Below, piece by piece: positions 45,811-53,670 of a stretch of 64,000 nt of DNA. Under the pieces are notes generated by a model. That model worked only from the letters and a program-made list of their open reading frames with translations. It was not told the origin of the DNA and ran no database searches. How positions within the stretch are numbered: the first letter of the stretch is position 1; each line of letters begins with the position of its first letter. The stretch lies in IMG/VR virus record IMGVR_UViG_3300050501_000292. One strand, 5' to 3'. This DNA is from a virus. A program made the translations under genes and the position numbers.

Positions 45811-46106
45811 CAGTCGGCCGGCTCGTAGGTCGTGACGAAGTCGACCGCCGTGCAGGGGTAGACGCCCCGGCCGTCGGGCTCAGCGATGATCCAGCCGCCA
45901 TGTTCGACGTGGCAGAACGTCTCCGACTTCACCACGTAGATCCACAGCTCGCCGACTGCGTCGATCTTGTAGAGCGCGGTCGACTTGGCGTGCGAAGGCG
46001 GCGCGTGCTGCTCGAGGAACTCCTCGACCTCGGGCGGGACCCCGTCGGCGACAGCCGGCCACTGGATCGCCTCGACCACGACCGGCTTCTTCCGGTAGCG
46101 CCCCAT
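45810..46106 (-). CDS. Widespread phage protein (YRKKPVVVEAIQW..GWII..YPC..F..TYE)
   Basis: Recognisable conserved signature; function unknown. Confidence 0.75.
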   Translation of the reverse strand: MGRYRKKPVVVEAIQWPAVADGVPPEVEEFLEQHAPPSHAKSTALYKIDAVGELWIYVVKSETFCHVEHGGWIIAEPDGRGVYPCTAVDFVTTYEPAD

Positions 46107-46327
46107 CAGTCGGCCGGCGGATCACCCGCGCTCGCGCCCGACGGGCCGCGCCACGTACCGCCGCTGGAGTGGGTGGGCCGCATCGACGGGGTGGGCTTCA
46201 CGTCGCCCGGCTGCTCCACCTGGCCACCGGACGCGGCCTGGGACGCGTTGACGAGACCGGCCGGGGCGTGCTCGCGGGCGGGCCGGACCTTGTTCGGCTG
46301 GTGCTGCGAGTTCGGGTCAATCGCCAT
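46106..46327 (-). CDS. Low-complexity hypothetical protein
   Basis: TGATG overlaps at both ends. Confidence 0.5.
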   Translation of the reverse strand: MAIDPNSQHQPNKVRPAREHAPAGLVNASQAASGGQVEQPGDVKPTPSMRPTHSSGGTWRGPSGASAGDPPAD

Positions 46328-46452
46328 CAGTAGCTACCTCTCGGCCGCGCGGTCCGGGTGGTCGCCCGCGTCGAGCGCCGGGCGGTGGTGGTGGTGCGGC
46401 GTGGCCGAGCCGTCTTGCGACGGGTCGGCGAGTTGCGACGGTTCACCTTCAC
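46327..46452 (-). CDS. Arg/Thr-rich basic peptide (41 aa, absent from track)
   Basis: GGGAGG RBS, GTG start, TGATG coupling; MKVNRRNSPTRRKTARPRRTTTTARRSTRATTRTARPRGSY. Confidence 0.55.
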   Translation of the reverse strand: MKVNRRNSPTRRKTARPRRTTTTARRSTRATTRTARPRGSY

Positions 46453-46468
46453 GGCGACCTCCCAGGTC

Positions 46469-46480
46469 TCTTGACAAGAG
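46469..46480. promoter_or_regulatory. Perfect operator box CTCTTGACAAGAG just after the terminase stop
   Basis: Seen directly (dyad spans 46468-46480). Confidence 0.65.
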
Positions 46481-46485
46481 TGCGG

Positions 46486-48438
46486 TCAGCGTACAGCCAG
46501 CGGGCTGCGTCGTCCGTTGCGGGCCCAGGCCCCGGTCATGTCGCCGGGCTTCCAGGGGGTGCCGCCGACCTTCCAGCGGGTCGTCTGGCCGACCCGCTTG
46601 CGGCGCTCCATCCACTTCAACCAGCCGAACCACAGGGCCATGACGAGATCCTGGCGGAGGAGCTTGGGGTCGACGTTCGGCCGCCACGCCAGCAGCTCGG
46701 CACGCAACGGCTCCATCAGTCGGCGGGACTCGTCGTCGCCGTCGGGAAAGGTGATCTCCCGCAGGATGAAGCTCGAGGCCATGGCGCCGACCCCGAAGAT
46801 GAAGTCCCACTTGTTCTGGCCGGTCTCGTGCTCGACGATCTTGAACCCGAGCAGCTTGGCCATGTCGCGGAGGCGCTGGTCCCGGGCGAGGCCGCGCTGC
46901 TGGCTGTTGCGCTCCACGACGAGCTCGCTGAACCGCAGGTAGGCAAGCATCCGGATGTGCTCGAGGATGTCCTCGTTGCGGGCCAGGCCGTAGCTGACTT
47001 TCGCGGCGAGGACGTTGAAGCGGGCCTGGGTGGTCTGGGCGCAGATGAGCGCGTTGCCGCCGCCAAGGGCCGGGTCGAGGCTGGCCAGCGTGAGGGAGAC
47101 GGCGACGTCGAGGCGCTTCCCGTACACCCGGCTGGGGTCGCGGACCTCGTTGAGCATCTCCTCGGTGAAGGTGTTCGCGCCGGCGGACAGCGGGGCCATC
47201 ATGTAGCCGGTCGCCCAGATGACCTCGCCGACGACCATCCGCTTGATGTTGAGCGCGTCGTCGGGCCACATCTCGGGGCAGTACGAGTTGCCGTCCTCGT
47301 CGAGGGCGGGGATCTGGACGACGCGCAGGACCTCGTCAGGCAGGACTTCGACGAGCCGCTCGTAGACGTCGCCGATGCCGACCCGGGTGCCGATGATGAA
47401 GGTCTTGCCCTTCTTGCCAGGTCGGGTGAAGAACGTGAGCCGGAGGTTGTTGACGATCTGCTCGGTGAGGTTGAGGGAGCCGATCGACTGGACGTCGTCG
47501 ATGATGAGCTTGTCGCATCGGGCGCCGTAGACCTTCGACCGCCACGAGCACGCCTGGAAGCTCCAGTCCCGTCGACCGACCGCGCTGTGCACCTTGATGT
47601 AGTTCTGGTTCCAGGGCTTGTCGCGGTCGAGGGTGTCGTCGCGGAAGGGGCCGAACCGGTTCACCCACTCGGGGATGTGGGTGGGGTGCTGGGCGTCGGG
47701 GTCGACGTAGTCCGGGTCGGTCATCCGGTCCTTGATGGCCCCGAGCACCTTCATGGCGGGGGAGTGGCCGGCCGCGGCCTCCGACACGTAGAGGATGCGC
47801 TCGTTGGGGTCCTGAGCGAGGCAGTCGCAGATCACGTCGGTGAGCAGCTGCGTCTTGCCGGCCTCTGGGGCCAGCAGGATTATCGTGATCCCGCCCTCGG
47901 GGGTGTCGTCCATGGCGTCGACGATCAGCTGGTGGTGGACGTAGGTCTCGTAGCCGAAGTAGTACCGGCGCCGCGACACGAAGTCGGCGTTGACGTCCTC
48001 GGTCTCCGGCAGGCCGTGGCGGATGCGGTCGACCTTGTTGCGGAAGTCCGGGTAGCGGGTGCGCCACTGCGTGTAGGTCGCCGGCTTGATGCCGACGGTC
48101 TCGCAGGCTTGGCGGATCGTGCGGGACTGGGACAGCACCCGCAGGAACTCGGCGCGACGGCGTTCTGAGTCAGCGATCTTGCGCCGCGCCAGCGCGGTGA
48201 GGCCCTCGCGCTGGGCCGAGTAGTAGTCGCCGCGCTTGGGCCGGCCGATCGGGGCGATGTAGTCCCACGACCATTCGGGGGTGTCAGGCTCGCGCTTCAG
48301 CCGGGCCCTCAGGGCGATGACGTCGTCGTAGCCGTCGATGCCCCAGCCTTCGATCTGGTCGAGGGGCTGGCCGGATCGGTCGGTGGCCCAGGGCACGTCG
48401 CCGAGGGTACAGGCGTTCGACTCCCGAAAGGAGAGCAA
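46486..48438 (-). CDS. terL: Terminase large subunit with N-terminal HTH (start may be GTG 48396)
   Basis: Walker A LAPEAGKT, Walker B LIIDD, nuclease SLDPALGG..QDLVMA; HTH IRQACETVGI...YTQWR. Confidence 0.88.
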   Translation of the reverse strand: MLSFRESNACTLGDVPWATDRSGQPLDQIEGWGIDGYDDVIALRARLKREPDTPEWSWDYIAPIGRPKRGDYYSAQREGLTALARRKIADSERRRAEFLRVLSQSRTIRQACETVGIKPATYTQWRTRYPDFRNKVDRIRHGLPETEDVNADFVSRRRYYFGYETYVHHQLIVDAMDDTPEGGITIILLAPEAGKTQLLTDVICDCLAQDPNERILYVSEAAAGHSPAMKVLGAIKDRMTDPDYVDPDAQHPTHIPEWVNRFGPFRDDTLDRDKPWNQNYIKVHSAVGRRDWSFQACSWRSKVYGARCDKLIIDDVQSIGSLNLTEQIVNNLRLTFFTRPGKKGKTFIIGTRVGIGDVYERLVEVLPDEVLRVVQIPALDEDGNSYCPEMWPDDALNIKRMVVGEVIWATGYMMAPLSAGANTFTEEMLNEVRDPSRVYGKRLDVAVSLTLASLDPALGGGNALICAQTTQARFNVLAAKVSYGLARNEDILEHIRMLAYLRFSELVVERNSQQRGLARDQRLRDMAKLLGFKIVEHETGQNKWDFIFGVGAMASSFILREITFPDGDDESRRLMEPLRAELLAWRPNVDPKLLRQDLVMALWFGWLKWMERRKRVGQTTRWKVGGTPWKPGDMTGAWARNGRRSPLAVR

Positions 48439-48493
48439 CCCGTAGGAAGCCGAACGCCGTACACCGGGTTTCGCAGGGGCCCAGCCTAGGGCG

Positions 48494-48604
48494 CTACCGG
48501 CCCTGCTTGACGTCGTCGATCATACGCCGGTCGTGGTCGCGCACCCAGGCAACCCAGGCGACGACGGCCAGGACGATGAGGGCGACCCAGACGAGCTCAG
48601 GCAT
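48494..48604 (-). CDS. Small single-TM protein (36 aa)
   Basis: MPELVWVALIVLAVVAWVAWVRDHDRR... Confidence 0.4.
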   Translation of the reverse strand: MPELVWVALIVLAVVAWVAWVRDHDRRMIDDVKQGR

Positions 48605-48635
48605 GGGGGGATGATCTCATGTCGGCGGGGTCTTG

Positions 48636-49186
48636 TCAGGCCACCCGGCGGCCGTTGACTGCGACGAGCTGGAGGTGGCGCTGTGGTGCCTCGGCCTGCT
48701 GGCGCTTCGGGGGCCGGACCGGCTGGCCGCCGTTCGGGGGCGGCGTGGTCCGCGACCAGACGACCTGGAGGAACCTGCGGCCGACGCCGAGGCGCTTGCG
48801 GGCGCAGTGGACCCCGAGGCCGAGGCCGCGTACGAGGTCTTCTTCGAGGGGCCGGTTGCAGAACATGCACCGCTCGAACGGGCCGTGTGCCGCGAAGAAG
48901 CGCAGCGCGGAGGCGATGGGGAACCGGTCGGCGGTCGACAGGTTGCGCAGCGCGTCCCGCGAGATGTCGGCGTCGTAGTGGAGCCGCAGCTTGTGGTAGC
49001 GCTCGCCGTCGGAGCGGTCGCGCCACGAACCCGGGGTGATGAGCTGCGCGTAGCGGCCGGTGTGACCCCGGTTCCACTGGACGTAGAAGACCTGGAGGCT
49101 GAGCTCGTCGTCGTCGTCCATCCGGCGGTAGAAGCCCACGGCGTCGCAGTCGAGCAGTGGGGTCGCGGTCTCCCACATGGTTCTCA
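48636..49186 (-). CDS. Protein with DUF6011-like zinc finger
   Basis: CMFCNRPL......GLG..C; AAGGA RBS before ATG 49186. Confidence 0.65.
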
Positions 49187-49188
49187 TT

Positions 49189-49980
49189 CTAGGTTCCTTC
49201 CGCGAGGCGGCGGGCACGATTCAGGATCAGCTGGCCGGAGCGGGTCGACCAGGCGGGCATGTCGTGGTCGAGGAGCCGCTCCGCGGGGACCTCGTTGAGC
49301 AGCCCGCGGAGCTCTTTGATGTCGTCGTCGTCGAGGTCGGCGATCTCCTCGTAGGCGTCGATGAAGCGCGCGACGGCGATCTCCTCCTGGACCCCGTTGA
49401 GCTGACGGTCCGGGAAGCCGGCAAGGTAGCGGGCGACGACGAGGCGGTCGGGCCGTCCGATCTGCGCCGTGATCCAGTCGGTGTCGTGCTGGTCGATGCG
49501 CCAGCGCCATGCCTTGCAGGCTGTGACCCGTTCGACCGCGCCCCGGACTGTTTCCTGCTCCCAGAGTTCGAGCGCCTCGAGGAGCGGGAGAAGTTGGAGC
49601 TCGCGTCCCCGGGGCCGGAGGTTGGACTCCGCGAGGAACAGGTAGGGGAGGTCGGTGCGTCGCACGTAGACGTGGTTGACGCCATGGAGCCGGGCGAGCC
49701 GTGTCGCCGCGTCCCGGGCCTTGTCGTCGATCGGCCCGAGCCACAGGTTGTCGCGGGCGGCTTGGTCGTAGACCCGTCGCGTGGTCTGCCGGATGCGCCA
49801 GTGTCGGCAGCCGGGGCAGGCCCAGGTGTTGCGGTAGGTGGCGATCATGCGGAACGCCCCGCGCGTGACGCCTTCGATGAAGCGCCGGCAGCCCTGGCGG
49901 TGGGCTGTGAGGGTGTCGTCCTCCCATGGAAATTCCGGCTTTCGCGGAATAGGAAGTTCCGGCTTCTTCGTGTGCGTCAC
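49189..49980 (-). CDS. Rep-like/replication initiator candidate
   Basis: TWACPGC resembles the WxCPxC motif of RCR Reps; adjacent repeats and RHH gene; HUH motifs not clearly present. Confidence 0.4.
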   Translation of the reverse strand: MTHTKKPELPIPRKPEFPWEDDTLTAHRQGCRRFIEGVTRGAFRMIATYRNTWACPGCRHWRIRQTTRRVYDQAARDNLWLGPIDDKARDAATRLARLHGVNHVYVRRTDLPYLFLAESNLRPRGRELQLLPLLEALELWEQETVRGAVERVTACKAWRWRIDQHDTDWITAQIGRPDRLVVARYLAGFPDRQLNGVQEEIAVARFIDAYEEIADLDDDDIKELRGLLNEVPAERLLDHDMPAWSTRSGQLILNRARRLAEGT

Positions 49981-50092
49981 GGGACGGCCCGAGCGGCCGA
50001 ACTTCCGGCTTCTGCGGAATAGAGATCAACTCCTATTCCGCGAAAGCCGGAAGTTTCGGGGTTCCCCCCTATTCCGTGGAAGCCGGAAGTTC
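49929..50092. repeat. Four 25-bp repeats, consensus (G/A)AA(C/A)TTCCGGCTT(T/C)NNCGGAATAG(G); two direct (49929, 49999), two inverted (50032, 50068), plus a partial copy at 49953
   Basis: Seen directly; each unit has an internal TTCCG-N7-CGGAA dyad. Confidence 0.9.
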
Positions 50093-50260
50093 TCATGCCG
50101 CGGCACGGCGCTGGAGGTACTCGAGCAGGGCGATGCGCAGAATCGCGGACCTGGTCAGGCCGGCGCGGTTGACGCTGACGTCGAGCTTGGCGAGCTCGGC
50201 GCGGTTCAGGTAGGTGGCGACCTCGCGGTCGCGGTGGGTCGTCGTCTTCGGACGGGGCAT
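50093..50260 (-). CDS. Ribbon-helix-helix (CopG/Arc-like) regulator (55 aa, absent from track)
   Basis: MPRPKTTTHRDREVATYLNRAELAKLDVSVNRAGLTRSAILRIALLEYL fits beta-strand plus two helices with G.TRS.ILR.AL.EYL. Confidence 0.8.
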   Translation of the reverse strand: MPRPKTTTHRDREVATYLNRAELAKLDVSVNRAGLTRSAILRIALLEYLQRRAAA

Positions 50261-50293
50261 AGACAACTATTATGCCAAGTAAGTTGCCATGTT
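50258..50293. promoter_or_regulatory. Triple 12-bp-period box array over the RHH start and -10 region
   Basis: CATAGACAACTA/TTATGCCAAGTA/AGTTGCCATGTT. Confidence 0.6.
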
Positions 50294-50700
50294 GTAGCGC
50301 GCATCCGTGAGGCGACCCCATGGGTGGGGGAGGGGGCCCGGGGTCGGCACAGTGGGGGGTCGGACGACACCGAGCGGCCCCGAAATCCGCCGTGATGCGC
50401 GCTAACTCGGGCTAGCAAGCGCTCGCGATGCGCGAAATTAGGGCTCTGACCTGCACATTCTGTATTCGCGCCGCAATACGGAACGGTGTGTGGGCCAGAT
50501 TAATGCACGCGCATCACTTATCGCGGTGAGAGTGCCAGCTAGTCACCATGCGCCTATTCCCTTCCCCCTCCGGATAGGGCTCGAGGCGAGCTCAGCCTGG
50601 CCCGGATTTCTCAGGTTAACGCCGTTACCTACCTTGACTTCCCAGGTCACGCCATGTGAGAGTACGTCACAGATGTCTTGTCAAGAAGCATGAGGAGAGC
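50294..50700. other. Non-coding divergence region; candidate packaging/terminus region and early promoter
   Basis: No convincing ORF; G-runs at 50322-50359; TTGACT at 50634; operator box at 50676. Confidence 0.45.
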
Positions 50701-50704
50701 AACC

Positions 50705-51238
50705 ATGAGCGACCACGACTACCGCGAGCATCTCGACACGCTGCACGATCCTGTCTTCGACCAGCCCGTCACCCACAACCGCGAGCACCACCGCGCCGAG
50801 GGGGCACAGCGCGACGCCCGCCACGAACGCGACCACGGCTGCCACGTCACGGCCGACGAGGCTCGCCGGCGCGCCCAGGTCCGCCGCGAGGCAGGCCGGC
50901 CCGATGACGCGACCTACTGGGATGAGTACGCCGCGGAAGTCGATTCGTGGGCCGAACCGCGGACGTTCGTCTACCTGGTCGAGGGAGAGCCTCACACGGG
51001 CACGCTGGACGACTACCGCCGGGCCTACGAAGTGGCGCGGCACTCCGGCATGTCGATCTCCACTCGGCTGTGGGGGCTGGTCGTCAAGAGCGACGGGCTA
51101 ACCGGTGTGCCGTTCCCCGCGCTGGAGTGCCACGACGTCGAGATCGACGCGAGCGAGAGCGAGAGCGACGGCTACCGCCGTCTGACGTTCCGCTGCCTCG
51201 ACCAGGTCGCTCACGGTCGGATCGATCTCCGCGCGTGA
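50705..51238 (+). CDS. First early protein, His-rich N-terminus
   Basis: GAGGAGAGCAACC-ATG. Confidence 0.7.
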   Translation: MSDHDYREHLDTLHDPVFDQPVTHNREHHRAEGAQRDARHERDHGCHVTADEARRRAQVRREAGRPDDATYWDEYAAEVDSWAEPRTFVYLVEGEPHTGTLDDYRRAYEVARHSGMSISTRLWGLVVKSDGLTGVPFPALECHDVEIDASESESDGYRRLTFRCLDQVAHGRIDLRA

Positions 51239-51303
51239 CCCCTGAGCGCTCCCGCGATGCGACCGCGGGCCGCGCGACTGGAGTTACGAAGAAGGAGAGC
51301 AAC

Positions 51304-51579
51304 ATGACCAGAGCGAGGTTCTACGTGCGTGTGGACCGCTCCGACGGTTCCCGCACGTACAAGGGAGCGTGGACCCGCCCCCACTGCGAGCGCGAGGCGC
51401 AAGCGCTGCGCGAGGAAGCTTCCGCCTACGCGGTGGACGTTCTGCCCCGCGCCGTGGCGCTACCCGACTTCCGACGCTGGAGCCGCGTGGTCCGCGCCGG
51501 GATCCGCTACTTCCCCGCCCAGACCGACAACATGATCGGCCCTCGCAACGACTGGGGCCACCAGGGAGTGACGTCGTGA
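51304..51579 (+). CDS. Early hypothetical protein
   Basis: AAGGAGAGCAAC-ATG; GTGA overlap with the next gene. Confidence 0.65.
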   Translation: MTRARFYVRVDRSDGSRTYKGAWTRPHCEREAQALREEASAYAVDVLPRAVALPDFRRWSRVVRAGIRYFPAQTDNMIGPRNDWGHQGVTS

Positions 51580-53220
51580 CCTACCTCTACGTCCCCGACG
51601 ACGACTCCGAGTACGGACCGATTTGGGAGGAGTCCGAGGCGCGCGAGATGTTCACCGCCGACGAGCTGGCTGACCGTGGCGTTGTGCCCGCCGAGCTCAT
51701 CATCGACCTCGGGGGCCACCGCGGCCACTACATCACGGCCGACTGGCTGAGCGCAGCGGCCGACCTGCTCGAGACGTGCCAGCTCGACTGTGCGACCTAC
51801 CACTTGGACGACCCTGAGCGCTTTGCCCTGCGCGACCGCGTCGAGCGGCTCAAGAGCGAAGCGAACGAAGCGTGGGCCCGGTACCACGCGCACAACGACC
51901 TCGTTGGGGCGGACCCTGACCAGCAGGGCGAGTACGGAAGCGATTGCTCCAGAAATGACGACGGCTCCCTTGCCTGCCCCTGTGAGTTCATCTCCGAGCT
52001 TGCCGACGACGTCGAAAGCGTGCTGGTCGACCTCGGTTTCGTCACTGAGTGGGGCGATGGAGTCCGCACCTACCGAGTGGGTGCGTCGTGAGCCTCGCAC
52101 GCGTCGAATTCTGGCGCATCACTGACACTGACCCCGACCTCTCATGGCTGGAGCAGACCGACGAGCAGATGGGCGAAGGGTTCGCGAACAGCGCGAAGCA
52201 TCGGCTCGCCACCTACGGCGATGGGTGGTGGATGGTCGGCATCCGCGCCGCGCTAGTCGCTGACGACGGCTGCACGGTCGCTGAGTCCCCCGGTCTGTGG
52301 GGGATCGAATCGGACTCTGACGACGCCTACTTCGATGACATCGCGGAGCAGGAGCTCGCCTACCTCGTCACGACGTTGGGCCTGCCCACGTCCGCGATCG
52401 ACAACCTGCCGACCGAATGGAGGGAGACATGAAGCGCTCAGAAGGCATCGCCTACCTGACGACCGACCCTGAGACCGGCGAAGACACTGGCCACCTGCGC
52501 ACGCCGTGCTCCCGCTACGGATGGAACGGCGCGGACTGCGCTCCCGTGGCGTGGCGCTACGCCTATCTGGTCGCCCGCGAGATCGGCGACCAGGTAACCA
52601 CTGACCATCTCGACCACGCCATGGAACTAGTCGTCAACAACCACGACGACGTGGCCCACATCATCCGCAACTACGGGCGGAGGCAGTACCGATGAACCCT
52701 ACCGATACCGACGACATGACTGCCATGGTCGAGAGCTACTTACGGGCTGCGCTCTGGACCTGGCTTGACGAGGACGGCGGAGCACCTTTCCCTGGTGACG
52801 AGGGATACGTGGACGTGACCGAAGTGTTCGACCTTCGATCCATCGTGAGCGCCATTCAGGACTGCATGGCGTTCTGCGACTACGTGCAAGACCAAGCCGA
52901 TGAGAACGAAGACGACACCGGCCGTCAGTGGTGGCAGGCACGCGACGCGCTCCGCGACATGGCCCCTGAGCGGGCCGGTCACGATTTCTGGCTGACCCGC
53001 GAAGGTCACGGCGCGGGTTTCTGGGATCGCGGCCTAGGCATCGCAGGAGATCGGCTCAGCGATGCCGCGACGACCTTCGGAGGCGGCGATCTGTGGGTAT
53101 CGCCCGGTGAACCCTGGTCAGCGACGCTCGGCTGACTTGCCAAGTCGCTTGACGTTCTGACGGTCGCCCGCGGCCCGGCTGGTTCGGACCGCGGCTCTGT
53201 CGCCAGAAAGGAGAGCAACC

Positions 53221-53670
53221 ATGTATGAGCGACACTACGGCTATCTCTACGACCGTGATCGCACGGTCAAGGACGATGCCGCCAACATCCGTCGACACAT
53301 CCGAAGCCTGGTCAAGGGTGGGATGTTGCCCGCGGATTGGACCTACTCCGTCCGCTACCGCACCTTCTCCGGTGGATGCTCGATTGACGTGCAGGCAACG
53401 TCACCGCGGCCCATCTACGCCGCGGATCCGCGAAGCCAGGAGTGGGAGCTACATGCTGAGACCGGAGAGCATGTCCACGCGTGGATTGACAAGTACACGC
53501 GTCAGGCTCGCGCCGTCCGCGACGCGCTGACCGACCTGCACAACGGTCACAACCACGACGGGTCGGAAATCCAGGTCGACTACTTCGACGTCAAGTTCTA
53601 CGGACAGGTGTCGATCACGACAACCGCCGGAGTGCCGGAGTACGTCGCGCCAGCGGAGAGCGGACAGTGA
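53221..53670 (+). CDS. LPD29-like protein (repeat copy)
   Basis: Same as 1785..2234. Confidence 0.6.
   Translation: MYERHYGYLYDRDRTVKDDAANIRRHIRSLVKGGMLPADWTYSVRYRTFSGGCSIDVQATSPRPIYAADPRSQEWELHAETGEHVHAWIDKYTRQARAVRDALTDLHNGHNHDGSEIQVDYFDVKFYGQVSITTTAGVPEYVAPAESGQ

Noticed and set aside
49929-50092. Mini CRISPR array
   Set aside because: Repeats are in mixed orientation with irregular gaps (45, 8, 11 bp), and there is no cas operon.
50253-50280. dif-like Xer site (TTATGCCAAGT resembles a XerD arm)
   Set aside because: Spacing would need 7 bp rather than 6, the XerC arm is weak, and the sequence fits better as part of the 12-bp box array.
1-51436. tRNA/tmRNA genes, reverse transcriptase/DGR, IS elements
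   Set aside because: No cloverleaf with T-loop, RT motifs, TR/VR pair or transposase recognised by eye; a tRNAscan/Infernal run is needed to be certain.
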